Below, one piece after another: positions 20,775-30,866 of a stretch of 64,000 bases of DNA (position 1 is its first letter; each line of letters begins with the position of its first letter). The notes below the pieces were generated by a model. The model saw only the letters and a program-made list of their open reading frames with translations. It had not been told where the DNA came from and ran no database searches. A program made the position numbers and the translations under genes. The stretch covers positions 29,706 to 93,705 of IMG/VR virus record IMGVR_UViG_3300005573_000073; one strand, 5' to 3'. This DNA comes from a virus.

Positions 20775-20895
20775 TTTGTCACCATTAATAATTATGTTAA
20801 ACAATTATTTAAATCTTTTGGGACACAGTGGGTTCCAAAAAAAGCAAAATATTTAAATACCTGATTGTTACTTATTTTTTCAGAGGTAAAATAAA

Positions 20896-21666
20896 ATGTC
20901 CGAACAAGATAAAGGAAAAGAAAAAGAACAAAAACTAACGATAGAAGTTGACAGAAGTTCTGAAATTGCAAAATTACAAGAAGAACTTAAACGCATAGAA
21001 GCTGAAGCAAAAAAAGCTAAAGAAGAAGCTGAACGTTTAGCAAAAGAAAAGGAAGCAATAGAACAGGAAAAAGCTAATTTGTTATCTGAAAAAGAGGAAT
21101 TACAAGGAGCATTAACAACCATTGCAGAAAAAGAATATAATGCCAAGAAAGAGGCAATAATGAAACGTGTTAAAGGTGTTTTTTCAGAGGATGATAAACG
21201 TTTGAAAGATATAGAGGAAAAACTTAATGATCCAGAGAAAGGACCAGAGAATATTAAGGAAGTTGAATTTATGGTTGGAGTTCTTGAAGATGCAATGAAA
21301 AAGGGGAAAGAAGAAATTGAAAAATTAAAGAAGGCTGAAGAAGAAAAAGCTAAACAGCAATTAGCAACATCTCCTCCACCTGCACCTGTTGGGGGAACAA
21401 CTGCTATGCTTAATGAAAAACAATTAACTGGTGGTAAAAAAGAGGAAGAGGGCTACGAGTCTTATGAAGCTATGATTCGTGATTTGCGTGCAAAAGCAAG
21501 AGATACAAGTAATCCAGAGAAGCAGGCTGAAGCAGAAGCAATATTGAAGGAACTGTTTAAGAAATGGGCTATAACGTTAAGAGATGATTTGAGGAAAAAG
21601 ACGAATGCAGCACCACAAGTTGAATATGAAAGTCGAGAAAAAGTTGGACATAAGGAGGAGACATAA
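20896..21666 (+). CDS. Putative capsid scaffolding protein
   Basis: E/K coiled coil with a Pro-rich linker, located between protease and capsid genes. Confidence 0.65.
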   Translation: MSEQDKGKEKEQKLTIEVDRSSEIAKLQEELKRIEAEAKKAKEEAERLAKEKEAIEQEKANLLSEKEELQGALTTIAEKEYNAKKEAIMKRVKGVFSEDDKRLKDIEEKLNDPEKGPENIKEVEFMVGVLEDAMKKGKEEIEKLKKAEEEKAKQQLATSPPPAPVGGTTAMLNEKQLTGGKKEEEGYESYEAMIRDLRAKARDTSNPEKQAEAEAILKELFKKWAITLRDDLRKKTNAAPQVEYESREKVGHKEET

Positions 21667-21668
21667 AC

Positions 21669-22124
21669 ATGTCAGGCGTTCCGCAAGTTAGAAGTATTCG
21701 TGATGTTCCACCGCCAAAAAAAGGTAAGAATTATCATGAATACGATGGTGTCAGATACGAGTTTGATGAACCATATGATGAACTTTACTGGGAAGAAATA
21801 ACCCAAACTGGCGGTGCAATCCATCATAGAGTCTGGCATTATTATCAAGGTATAGTTCCATGTCCCGCATGCCAACGAACAGATGATACAGTGTTTTATA
21901 TAGAAAGAACAGGAGTATTCATGAAATGTAAATGGTGTGAAGTAACAATACCTGTTCCACCAATGGATATAGAAACAAAGGAGTCATGGGCAGAACTTGT
22001 AGAAGATAAAGTAGTTACTCCAGAGGAAGCTACAGCAATATGTAATAGAGTTGCACAGATGATTCCATCTTCAGCACTTACTAGAGGAGCAAGACCGCCA
22101 AGACCAAAAACTTCTAAAAGTTAG
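21669..22124 (+). CDS. Zn-binding hypothetical protein in head operon
   Basis: CPAC...CKWC; GGAGGAG RBS. Confidence 0.55.
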   Translation: MSGVPQVRSIRDVPPPKKGKNYHEYDGVRYEFDEPYDELYWEEITQTGGAIHHRVWHYYQGIVPCPACQRTDDTVFYIERTGVFMKCKWCEVTIPVPPMDIETKESWAELVEDKVVTPEEATAICNRVAQMIPSSALTRGARPPRPKTSKS

Positions 22125-22225
22125 TTTTTTTAATATTTCTCTCTTTTTTTAAAAATATTTTTTTGTAAATAAAGATTTAAATATCTATTCTTATTTAAAT
22201 AATTACGTAAAAGGTGAAAATTAAA

Positions 22226-23143
22226 ATGGCAAAAATAACTATTTCCGAAACTTTGCAAGCCTCTTCAGGTATTGACTATGGAGCATTCTTGATTTACAGT
22301 GAAGTAATTGAAGGAGCAAGACGACCACTAGTATTCTTTGACACTGTAACAGAAGATTTCTCTCTGATTGGAAGCACAGGCGTTCAAATTTATGTTCCAA
22401 CTGCTACACAGTTGACAGCCACAAAATTGACATCAAGTATAGAAGACCAAATATCTTCAGGATTTACTTCAAGTGCAAAAACAATAAGCAAAGTGCTTAT
22501 TAATGTGTCTGTTTTTATATACTGTGCAATGTCTCTGACAGATATATTGAAGGAAGACTATCCAAATATAGATTGGCTACGGCTGGCTTTACACAATATG
22601 GGTAAAGCAGTTCTGGAACAAATAGACGCTGATATTGAATCTGCATATTCTTCAGGTGCATATAACTATGGAATAACTTGCACTGATCTTTCATACGAGG
22701 AAGTAATTGATGCTTTAGCTGCAATGGCTGCACAAAAATGGATGGCTGAACCAGATAATCCGCCATTCCTTATTACGAGTCCAGCTTCAGCAGCTAAATT
22801 GATGAAAGACACTAGATTCCTGTTAAGCCAACGTTACGCATTGGGAATTGCACCAGAAAAGATAGGTCAACTATTGATAACTGAAGGAACGGTTGGATTA
22901 TATGCTGGTTGCCGTGTTCTGCAAACACCACTGCTTGCAGGCACAGGTAAATCATATATAGTCTTTCCGCCAAACTTCAAGTGGGGACCAGTTGCAATAC
23001 TAGCTTGGAAGCGTAAGATGCGTGTCCGTGAAATGAGATATGAAGACAAAGAGATAAGCATTCTTGCGTGCACAGCTAGATGCATCCCCGTAGTCATACA
23101 GAGTAGAGGCATTTGCAAGATTCTTGAATCAAGTTCACCGTAA
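22226..23143 (+). CDS. Major capsid protein (HK97-like fold)
   Basis: About 305 aa after protease and scaffold; long backbone helix (LRLALHNMGKAVLEQIDADI), GLYAGCRVLQT; own promoter, AGGTGA RBS and oligo-T terminator. Confidence 0.75.
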   Translation: MAKITISETLQASSGIDYGAFLIYSEVIEGARRPLVFFDTVTEDFSLIGSTGVQIYVPTATQLTATKLTSSIEDQISSGFTSSAKTISKVLINVSVFIYCAMSLTDILKEDYPNIDWLRLALHNMGKAVLEQIDADIESAYSSGAYNYGITCTDLSYEEVIDALAAMAAQKWMAEPDNPPFLITSPASAAKLMKDTRFLLSQRYALGIAPEKIGQLLITEGTVGLYAGCRVLQTPLLAGTGKSYIVFPPNFKWGPVAILAWKRKMRVREMRYEDKEISILACTARCIPVVIQSRGICKILESSSP

Positions 23144-23169
23144 AAGTGGATTTGATTTGGGAAAAACCC

Positions 23170-23185
23170 TTCTCTTTTTTTTGTT
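23170..23185 (+). terminator. Oligo-T archaeal-type terminator after capsid gene
   Basis: TTCTCTTTTTTTTG run between the capsid stop and the next promoter. Confidence 0.5.
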
Positions 23186-23238
23186 TAAACCGCAAAGTTT
23201 ATATACTACCTTTTATACTTATTATTTTGTGAAATAAA

Positions 23239-23646
23239 ATGGAAGAACAAAAAAATAAAAAAGAACCAATTATAATTCCACGTGACATATCTATACCTGA
23301 ATATGAAATTCCAAAAAATATGGCAATATGGGCTAGTGAAGGAGATTACAGTGAAGGATTTAAACAGTTGCTTTCTGATTTAACTGATATTTGTTTGTAT
23401 GTAGCTAAACAACTGAATGAGGGACCAGAAGTTAAAGATAGCGTTGCTAAACGTGTAATAACTTTAAAGTCACTAATAAAATATCTGATTATGCGGGTTT
23501 TCCTTAATAATATTGAACGTGAAGGAATTCTTCATCAGATAATTCTTGACCTTTACTATGAATATCAACAAGCTGAAGCTGTTAAAAGATACAAATCAAT
23601 GTTAGAAGAACAGCAAAAGAGGGCGACTGAAGATTATGCAATCTAA
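23239..23646 (+). CDS. Hypothetical protein, first gene of replication operon
   Basis: Promoter AACCGCAAAGTTTATATA at about 23188-23205. Confidence 0.6.
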   Translation: MEEQKNKKEPIIIPRDISIPEYEIPKNMAIWASEGDYSEGFKQLLSDLTDICLYVAKQLNEGPEVKDSVAKRVITLKSLIKYLIMRVFLNNIEREGILHQIILDLYYEYQQAEAVKRYKSMLEEQQKRATEDYAI

Positions 23647-23899
23647 TCAAGAAGCATTTCCAGTTGATTCGACAATATCCGTTATTAACGGAGAAACAAT
23701 ATATAAAAATAACAACTGGTGGCTTGCTGTTATATTAGCCAATACGTTTGGTCATAATAAAATTTTGATTTATCAATGGAGATTTGACAAAACAAGCAAT
23801 AAATGGAAGCGAAAACAAAAATTAAGCATCAATTTTTCTAAAGACTGGGAAAAAATGAAACCAATAATTGAAAGGTATATTAAGGAAGCAAATATTTAA
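23636..23899 (+). CDS. Small Trp-rich protein, possibly PC4-like ssDNA binding
   Basis: Beta-rich with YQWRFD...KWKRKQKLSI; adjacent to RadA. Confidence 0.4.
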   Translation: MQSNQEAFPVDSTISVINGETIYKNNNWWLAVILANTFGHNKILIYQWRFDKTSNKWKRKQKLSINFSKDWEKMKPIIERYIKEANI

Positions 23900-23915
23900 G
23901 ATGTGGTAGATTCTT

Positions 23916-24905
23916 ATGACGGATACAAGAGAGATTGTTGATGAAATTGTTAAAACAAAATCTCACGTGATTAAAGAGTTTTTGGATAAACTTGGCAAAA
24001 TAAAGATTGAACCTGTTGACATTGAAAAACTTGAAAAACAAGAACAGGAACAATTTAAAATTAAAACTGGAACAATAATAGATGAAATGATTGGTGGAGG
24101 AGTTCCTGAAGGTAAATCTGTGATGCTTTATGGAGAGTTTGGAAGTGGAAAAACACAAACATGTTTTACGACAGTTTGTTTAGCAAAAGGTTACATAATA
24201 TACATTGATACAGAAGGAAGTTTTTCTTGTCAACGATTAAAACAAATCTGTGAAAGTCGCAAAATAGACTGGAATGATGTTAAGAAAAGAATAATTCTTT
24301 ACACAGCAGAAAACTGGATTCAACAAATGTATATTTTACAAAGTCTTCCAAGTCCATCTGATGTTAATGGAAAAGTTGATTTAATAATATGCGATAGTTA
24401 CAGCAAACATTTTCGTGGAATTGAGTTTGTTGGTAGAGAAACATTACAGCTTAAAAATGGATTCATAAGAGAATTCATATTTTCGTTAGAACGATTAGCA
24501 AAACAACACCGTGCAGCATTAATTTACACCACTCAAATTTACGATGAACCAAAAGCTTCACCATACGCAACTAAAGCCGACACACAAAAACCTGTTGGCG
24601 GACATAGTGCAGAACATCAACCTGATTTTATACTGTTCTTTAGAAGAGGAACAGGAAACGTAAGAATTGTCCGTATGGTTGATTCTAGTTATACAGCATT
24701 AAGTGAACGGGCATTTTTAATTACAGAAAAAGGAATTGAAGATCTTCCACCTGATACTAAAATATCTAAAACACTTGAACCGCAAATCGAAAAATTCGAG
24801 ACAAAGCAACATCAAGAAGAAATAAAAATAAAGAAAAAAGAAAAAAGTCAAGATCAAGAGAATAAAGATAGTGAAGAGGAAATTGTTGATGAAGCGGTGA
24901 TGTAA
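23916..24905 (+). CDS. radA: RadA/Rad51-like recombinase lacking the N-terminal HhH domain
   Basis: GEFGSGKTQ, YIDTEGSF, LIICDS, TTQI, KPVGGH, RIVRMVDS. Confidence 0.85.
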   Translation: MTDTREIVDEIVKTKSHVIKEFLDKLGKIKIEPVDIEKLEKQEQEQFKIKTGTIIDEMIGGGVPEGKSVMLYGEFGSGKTQTCFTTVCLAKGYIIYIDTEGSFSCQRLKQICESRKIDWNDVKKRIILYTAENWIQQMYILQSLPSPSDVNGKVDLIICDSYSKHFRGIEFVGRETLQLKNGFIREFIFSLERLAKQHRAALIYTTQIYDEPKASPYATKADTQKPVGGHSAEHQPDFILFFRRGTGNVRIVRMVDSSYTALSERAFLITEKGIEDLPPDTKISKTLEPQIEKFETKQHQEEIKIKKKEKSQDQENKDSEEEIVDEAVM

Positions 24906-25690
24906 TGACGCATGAGTTTATTTTAACTCCAAGAATGGCAAATATTTTGAAGGGGCGTAAAATGCGTTTAATTTGCAGTGCACCGAAATGTTTATTTGCC
25001 ACTGGTGAAACTAACGATTTGCTTTTTGAAAGGGAAATAAAAGTTAAAGGTTACGGAATATGTAGTAGATGCGGTCATAAAACTCCATTAGAAATGTTTG
25101 AATATTCTGATCAAAAAGCTGTGGAGCTAGCACATAAACATGAATATAGAGCCAAAAGTAAATTGACAATTCCTAAATGTGAAGTTTGCGGTGGAAGAAC
25201 AAGAGTTGTATATACACAAAAAGTCATTGCTCGCCATCATAAAAAATCTCATTTTTATTATCATAAAGAATGTTGGGAAAATATGTATTTTCATGGTGAA
25301 ACAGGAGAGTTATTTAAACGTCAAAAATATAGGATGCGTTATGCTGGAACTCACGGTCACGGTTGCGTGATTTTTCTACCGTTTGATCCACGAAAAGGTG
25401 TTTGTATGGCTTGTGGTAAATCCAGAGAGAAAGGAGAAATTAAAACAACATCTTTGCATCATTGGAAATATGCATATAAAGCTGATACAATTAGAAAAAA
25501 CCCGATTTTAATTTTGGAAAATACTACAGAACTTTGTTTTGCATGCCACATGATTGCCGACTCTTTCAGAAATATGCTTAAACTTTCTGATGAAAGAATA
25601 ATGAATGTTTATAAAACGATGCCTAAAGAAATGCAGGAACGATTTAAATTTTTATGTGGCAAAATCATCAGGAAGAGATTTAAATGGTAA
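24905..25690 (+). CDS. Multi-Zn-finger protein with C-terminal HNH-like domain
   Basis: Several CxxC; CMACG...SLHHWKY...NTTELCFACH. Confidence 0.6.
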   Translation: MTHEFILTPRMANILKGRKMRLICSAPKCLFATGETNDLLFEREIKVKGYGICSRCGHKTPLEMFEYSDQKAVELAHKHEYRAKSKLTIPKCEVCGGRTRVVYTQKVIARHHKKSHFYYHKECWENMYFHGETGELFKRQKYRMRYAGTHGHGCVIFLPFDPRKGVCMACGKSREKGEIKTTSLHHWKYAYKADTIRKNPILILENTTELCFACHMIADSFRNMLKLSDERIMNVYKTMPKEMQERFKFLCGKIIRKRFKW

Positions 25691-26181
25691 GAGCACAAGT
25701 AAGATGTTATCTAGCACATACATTTGGATTAAGATATTATGTTCGTGATGTTTTAATGACTAAAGTGCAGTCGTTAGGTATTTTAACTAAAAACCCATTT
25801 TATGAGTCAGATGGAACTTCCAAACGAAAAGAAGTAATTCTGGCGGATGAATATAATCTTTTTTCTGAAACATCACTGAACAAGAAAGAAATTAAAAAAT
25901 GGTCTAAACTAGTGAAGAAGAAAAATGTTAACATTGTAAAAACAGATTTAAAATCAATTGATAGAAGTGATTTTACTATTGCATACATGCAAAAATTAAG
26001 TGCAGGAACCATGTGTGAAATATTTTATACAGGAGTAATAAAGAAAAGACCAGTATTTTTACTCACAGAAGATGAAGAATTAAAAAATCATCCGTGGATT
26101 ATTTATTCATGTCGTTTTGGAAAAATCTGTAGTTCATTAGATGAATTGTTAAAGGTTTTAAAACGGAGATATTGTAGTTGA
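25684..26181 (+). CDS. Nucleoside 2-deoxyribosyltransferase-like protein
   Basis: YLAH, NPF, DLKSIDRSD, SAGTMCEI motifs. Confidence 0.75.
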   Translation: MVRAQVRCYLAHTFGLRYYVRDVLMTKVQSLGILTKNPFYESDGTSKRKEVILADEYNLFSETSLNKKEIKKWSKLVKKKNVNIVKTDLKSIDRSDFTIAYMQKLSAGTMCEIFYTGVIKKRPVFLLTEDEELKNHPWIIYSCRFGKICSSLDELLKVLKRRYCS

Positions 26182-27251
26182 AAGAAGACCATATAACTAA
26201 AGAAGAATTTATGTTAGATTATTTTGGTTATATTGGTGGAAGAGATTTAGGTAATCCAAAACAATTTTTCGTAGATAATCCAAATGAAATTATAAAGTTC
26301 GTAAATGAAAATAACGCTAAAAAACTGCCAAGTTACTGTTCTGTTCAACCAAGAAAAGAGCATAAAAAAATTTTAGGCATTGAAAAATTATTTTTTGAGT
26401 TTGATTACGGACATGAAAACGAAAAGTTGTCAGATAAAAAAATTGAAGAGAAGAAAGTGGAATTAGAACAGGAAGTTAAAGATTTCGTTAGTTTTTTAGA
26501 TAGTCAGAATATTAGTCCATTAATTGTTAAAACAAGACGTGGTTATCATGTTTATATTTATTTTGATCATGTGTATGATGTAACTGATTCTAGTGAGGAA
26601 TTTTTACGTGAATTATATGTCACTTTAATTGAAACTATTATAAGTAGATATTTTTGTTTTAGAAAAAACGGAGGATTAAAATATCTTGATGAAGCGTGTG
26701 TTAAAGATGTTTATAGAATGGCAAGAGTTCCATTTTCTATACATGAAAAATCTGGAGAGGAATGTATTTTGGTTGAGTTAAAAAATAATTCTTTTAATAA
26801 ATCTAAAATACGTGGCATTGCTATTCAACGTCAAAAAGGATTGAAAGAGGAAGATTTTGAACGTGCAATAAAAGAAACGAAAGCAAAATTAAAAAATAGA
26901 GAGAACATTTTTATGGTAAAGCGTGAACAACAAAAACAAAATTGGATTATAAAACATGGGTTTGTTGGAAAAATTCGTCCATGTTTTATTCATACATTAA
27001 AAAGCGGAGAAATGCCACATCAACAAAGATTAGCGTTACTAATTGAAGCATGGTATAGTGGATACAGAACAGAAGATGATTTAACATTATTATTTACGCC
27101 ATTACATGATTTTAAAGATTCAATTACTCGAAGTCAAGTTCGATGGTTTTTGAAAAATGAAAAATGGAAAACAAAACCATATCGTTGTTCTACATTAATT
27201 AAATTAGGATATTGTATTGGAAAAAAATGTCCATATTGGAGAAAACATTAA
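26178..27251 (+). CDS. Archaeo-eukaryotic primase, PriS domain fused to a PriL C-terminal Fe-S-like domain
   Basis: FFEFD, TRRGYHVY, D..RMARVPFSIH; then RPC...HQQR...YRC...GYC...CP. Confidence 0.85.
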   Translation: MKEDHITKEEFMLDYFGYIGGRDLGNPKQFFVDNPNEIIKFVNENNAKKLPSYCSVQPRKEHKKILGIEKLFFEFDYGHENEKLSDKKIEEKKVELEQEVKDFVSFLDSQNISPLIVKTRRGYHVYIYFDHVYDVTDSSEEFLRELYVTLIETIISRYFCFRKNGGLKYLDEACVKDVYRMARVPFSIHEKSGEECILVELKNNSFNKSKIRGIAIQRQKGLKEEDFERAIKETKAKLKNRENIFMVKREQQKQNWIIKHGFVGKIRPCFIHTLKSGEMPHQQRLALLIEAWYSGYRTEDDLTLLFTPLHDFKDSITRSQVRWFLKNEKWKTKPYRCSTLIKLGYCIGKKCPYWRKH

Positions 27252-27349
27252 AATGGTTCAACCAAATAAACGTAAAAACCGTAGAAACGAAAACGAGTTA
27301 AGTCAAGAAGACTGGAACGAAATACTTGAAGAATTAAAAAGGAGATATA

Positions 27350-27574
27350 GTGAATATGGAGAAAAAAAGGAAAACAACCAGTAAAGAGAAATGGCGATTT
27401 AATTATAAATGGGTTAAACAAGCATTCTTGGAAATTGATGAGTTAAAAAATAGAATAGATAAAATAGAAGAATTTCTTGGCGGGCAAGAATCAATTTATA
27501 AGATTCTTAAAGACCGAAAAGCTTATAAATCTGAAAAACAAGATAATCAGGGGAATACTAATGAAGAAAAATAA
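27350..27574 (+). CDS. Hypothetical protein
   Basis: AGGAG RBS; short coiled coil. Confidence 0.45.
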   Translation: MNMEKKRKTTSKEKWRFNYKWVKQAFLEIDELKNRIDKIEEFLGGQESIYKILKDRKAYKSEKQDNQGNTNEEK

Positions 27575-27908
27575 GAAATATTATGGACATCCAAAGTTTT
27601 ATGAAATTCTAAATAGGCTTGCGGATTTGCATTCCAAGAAGAACTATCAATACGCAACATCTGATGATCCTTTGGCTAACTTTAAACGCTGTGGATTTCT
27701 CTGTAACAAACTTATTAAAATAGAAAATAAACCATTAGCAATGGCAATGTTCTATATGAGTAAACAAATTGACGCTGTCTATGAAATGATTGGAGAAAAT
27801 AAGAAGGATACAATTGAAGAAATAAATGATAAATTCATGGATATAGCCGTATATTCAATTATATGCATGATTTTAAACGATGAATGGAAAAACAAGAAAA
27901 ATAAGTAA
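27561..27908 (+). CDS. DUF1599 / nucleotide-modification-associated-domain-like protein
   Basis: LHSKKNYQYA..DPLANF...DKFMDIAVYSII; start moved to ATG 27561. Confidence 0.7.
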   Translation: MKKNKKYYGHPKFYEILNRLADLHSKKNYQYATSDDPLANFKRCGFLCNKLIKIENKPLAMAMFYMSKQIDAVYEMIGENKKDTIEEINDKFMDIAVYSIICMILNDEWKNKKNK

Positions 27909-27999
27909 AAAATTTGGTTTTTTACGTTAAAAATTGAGTTTTTAAACCAAAAAATTTAAATAATTCAATGTTATTTAAATAATTAATTAAGGTGTTAGA

Positions 28000-30525
28000 A
28001 TGACAAATAAAACTAAAAAGTCAAAACGTAAACCTAAAATCCAAGATGTTAATTTCACCGATTTTGAAAAGTGGCTTAACCAAGAAGTAGTTAGAACTGG
28101 AAAAACAAAGGAGCAAATAATAGAAGAAACCTTTAAGGATGGATTTTTAGTATGGACTATAGGAGATATGGAAAATGTTGTTGGAAAAAAGATTCAAGAA
28201 TCTGCTACAAGTGGCGGAACAATTATTCAGTCACCTCCTATGTTAACTGCTTGGGCTATGCCTAAAGAAGTTGAAGATCTAGATGTTTATCGCCGATTGA
28301 GAAAAAATTTTGCACCAGTTAGCAGAGCAATAGATTATATTAAAGCTCAAATTTTAGGTAAGGCAATTAATGTTTCAGTAGCGGATGATGAAGATAATCA
28401 TCAACATGAAATGAAAGAAGAAATAGAAAGATTTTGTCGTTGGGTTTATCAGGATCGTTACACTGCAAGTTTATATACTATTTTAAGCATTATGGTTGAT
28501 GAAGCGTTAACTGTAGGTGCAGCAGGTGCAGAAATTCGATATATGACTCCTATTAACTTTTGGGATTATGTTCAACAGCAAGGAACAAGTTCACTTCCAA
28601 TCGTTAAATCAACTGTAGCAAGTAGAGAACATGTATATTTCAAAAGTAGAGAACCAGACTGGCAATCTTTAGGTGGAATTGTTCAGTTAAAGATTTTTAA
28701 GAATGCACAGGGAAGAATGAAGCTTTATCGTGATCCTGAAACTTGGGAAGCGAATTACTGGACTCTTGATGAAATTGTAAGTCAAGGCGATACTGCAATG
28801 GCTGTTCATCAGCTTACATTAAAAAAGGATACTGGTCAAGCAGTGAAGTTTCATCCATGGCAAATTTTCTGGTTAGCATTAAATAGACGAGAATTTGATG
28901 AGAGGGGGACAAGCGTTATAGAGCCTGTGCGTTATACTGTTTTGTTACTTGAAAAAATACTTGATGCTGTTGGTGAAGGTGCTTACCGTGCAGGAAACAA
29001 GAAATATTTTATAATCACAGGCACAGAAAAAAGACCATGGGGTAAAGTTCACATACGCAACGTTATGGAACAAATTGTCGAGATGGGAAGGAAGAATTGG
29101 ACTGCCGTTCCTGTTCCATATGGTTTTGATATTAAAGAAATTGGTGGTCAAGTTTTTGAAGCTAACAATATAATAACTCATTTGTTAAATATGGTTGCTC
29201 AAGGCATGCATGTTCCTGTTGAAATACTTGGAGTTCCTAGAAGACTTTCTCCTGAAGCTACAACAGAAGAATTTGCAATAAGCAGTCTTGAATTAGATAG
29301 GTTAAGTTACGAGTTAAAAATTGCTGTTGAAAATCAACTTTTCAGAACTCACTTGTGGTGTAAATTTGGAAAAATAAGACAGAAACAAGGTGGAAAAACA
29401 GAGCCGATATTTATTCCGTTCTTGAAAATCCCTGCAAAAGGATTAACAAGTGACACTGAACGTTTACGTCAAATTGTGCAATTGCTTAATGTTGCTAATC
29501 CTGTTACTCCAGAACTTAAACTTGAACTTGAACGTGAAATGACTCAAATATTAGGTTATGATAGTATAAAATTAAAAAGTCAAGAACAATTACGAAAAGA
29601 TTTAGCTGAAATTGAAGAACAAATGAAAGAAAAGAAAGCAAAGAAAACTGAAGAGAAAGGTGAAGGGGATACAGAAAAGATTTCTCCGTTAGAGAAGAAA
29701 CAAGGTGAACCGAAACCCCAATCAGTTGAAAGACAAGAAAAACGTTTAGAAGGAGGAGTTAATGTTCCTAAACGTGGTCAAGCACGTCCTATGGGAAGCA
29801 CGAGAATTCCGAAAGAAAGTCAAGTGATGGTTGGTGAAACATGGAACAGGGAAAATGAAGATCAAGAACATAAGGCACAACGTGTAAAGTTTATTAGGGA
29901 ATCAAAGAAAACTGGTGAAGTGTTGACGCATGAGCAGATTGATAAGATTTTCAGTATTCAGGAAGCAATTTATAATGCGTATGGTTATGGAGAAGAACGT
30001 GTTCCAGTAGATGACAGGATTGCACAAAGAAATGTTCCATCAACTGGTCAGGAAACTCAAACTCCAAAAGGAATTAAAACACTTGTAAATCCACTAAATA
30101 ATAAGATAGTGATTGTAGTTAAAACTCCTTTAACAGGTGGAATTGCAGGATATAATAAAGATGGGACAAGAATATACTTTGATTCAGATGTTCCTGAATG
30201 GATGTATATTCCACTATTGGCTCATGAAACCTTTGAACAAGCATTAGTGGAAATTTTAGGATTTAGTTATGAATGGGCACATGTGCAAGCTACAAAATTA
30301 GAGAAAGAACTTTGTGAAAAAATGGGGACTTCATGGAAACAATATGATACAGAATATAAGCGGTTATTAGAATTGCAGAAGAAACGTAGTCCTCAACCTA
30401 AAAATCCAGAAGATATGGCGATTCACGGTAAAGGAACTGGTGAACCATACACTACAGAAGAACATCCAGCAGGAAACAGTCACCCGTTTGGACGATACGA
30501 TCTAACGCAAGAAAACAGTCCCTAA
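28000..30525 (+). CDS. Portal protein with long C-terminal extension
   Basis: APVSRAIDYI, EALTVGAAGAEI, FHPWQIFWL, GTSVIEPV, AQGMHVPVEILG follow the portal motif order. Confidence 0.75.
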   Translation: MTNKTKKSKRKPKIQDVNFTDFEKWLNQEVVRTGKTKEQIIEETFKDGFLVWTIGDMENVVGKKIQESATSGGTIIQSPPMLTAWAMPKEVEDLDVYRRLRKNFAPVSRAIDYIKAQILGKAINVSVADDEDNHQHEMKEEIERFCRWVYQDRYTASLYTILSIMVDEALTVGAAGAEIRYMTPINFWDYVQQQGTSSLPIVKSTVASREHVYFKSREPDWQSLGGIVQLKIFKNAQGRMKLYRDPETWEANYWTLDEIVSQGDTAMAVHQLTLKKDTGQAVKFHPWQIFWLALNRREFDERGTSVIEPVRYTVLLLEKILDAVGEGAYRAGNKKYFIITGTEKRPWGKVHIRNVMEQIVEMGRKNWTAVPVPYGFDIKEIGGQVFEANNIITHLLNMVAQGMHVPVEILGVPRRLSPEATTEEFAISSLELDRLSYELKIAVENQLFRTHLWCKFGKIRQKQGGKTEPIFIPFLKIPAKGLTSDTERLRQIVQLLNVANPVTPELKLELEREMTQILGYDSIKLKSQEQLRKDLAEIEEQMKEKKAKKTEEKGEGDTEKISPLEKKQGEPKPQSVERQEKRLEGGVNVPKRGQARPMGSTRIPKESQVMVGETWNRENEDQEHKAQRVKFIRESKKTGEVLTHEQIDKIFSIQEAIYNAYGYGEERVPVDDRIAQRNVPSTGQETQTPKGIKTLVNPLNNKIVIVVKTPLTGGIAGYNKDGTRIYFDSDVPEWMYIPLLAHETFEQALVEILGFSYEWAHVQATKLEKELCEKMGTSWKQYDTEYKRLLELQKKRSPQPKNPEDMAIHGKGTGEPYTTEEHPAGNSHPFGRYDLTQENSP

Positions 30526-30866
30526 TATTTTCTAACCCATCCACGTGGCGAATATTCAATTTCATTATGGCAATGTCTGCAATAAAAATGTTTTTCTCCA
30601 GTGAAGACATCACGTTCAAAAAATATCCAATATGGAGTTAACATTTCATCACACCATGGACAAATCTCCATAATAAACGGTGGAGGAACGTTACATCCTT
30701 TTCCCTGTTTTTCAAAATCTTGATTATATCCGACTTGCGGTCCAGTTGCAGTTTCTCCACTTGAACCCTGTAAATCTTTATTTTCTTTATCGTCAGCATT
30801 CGGTAAATCTTTATTGTCTTTTTTTTCAGGCATTTTACGCCAAGCCTTCCCATGTTCGGAATCCAA
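30522..30866 (-). CDS. Small Zn-ribbon protein
   Basis: CPWC...CRHC; coupled to the upstream gene (likely start MPEKK). Confidence 0.55.
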   Translation of the reverse strand: MDSEHGKAWRKMPEKKDNKDLPNADDKENKDLQGSSGETATGPQVGYNQDFEKQGKGCNVPPPFIMEICPWCDEMLTPYWIFFERDVFTGEKHFYCRHCHNEIEYSPRGWVRKY

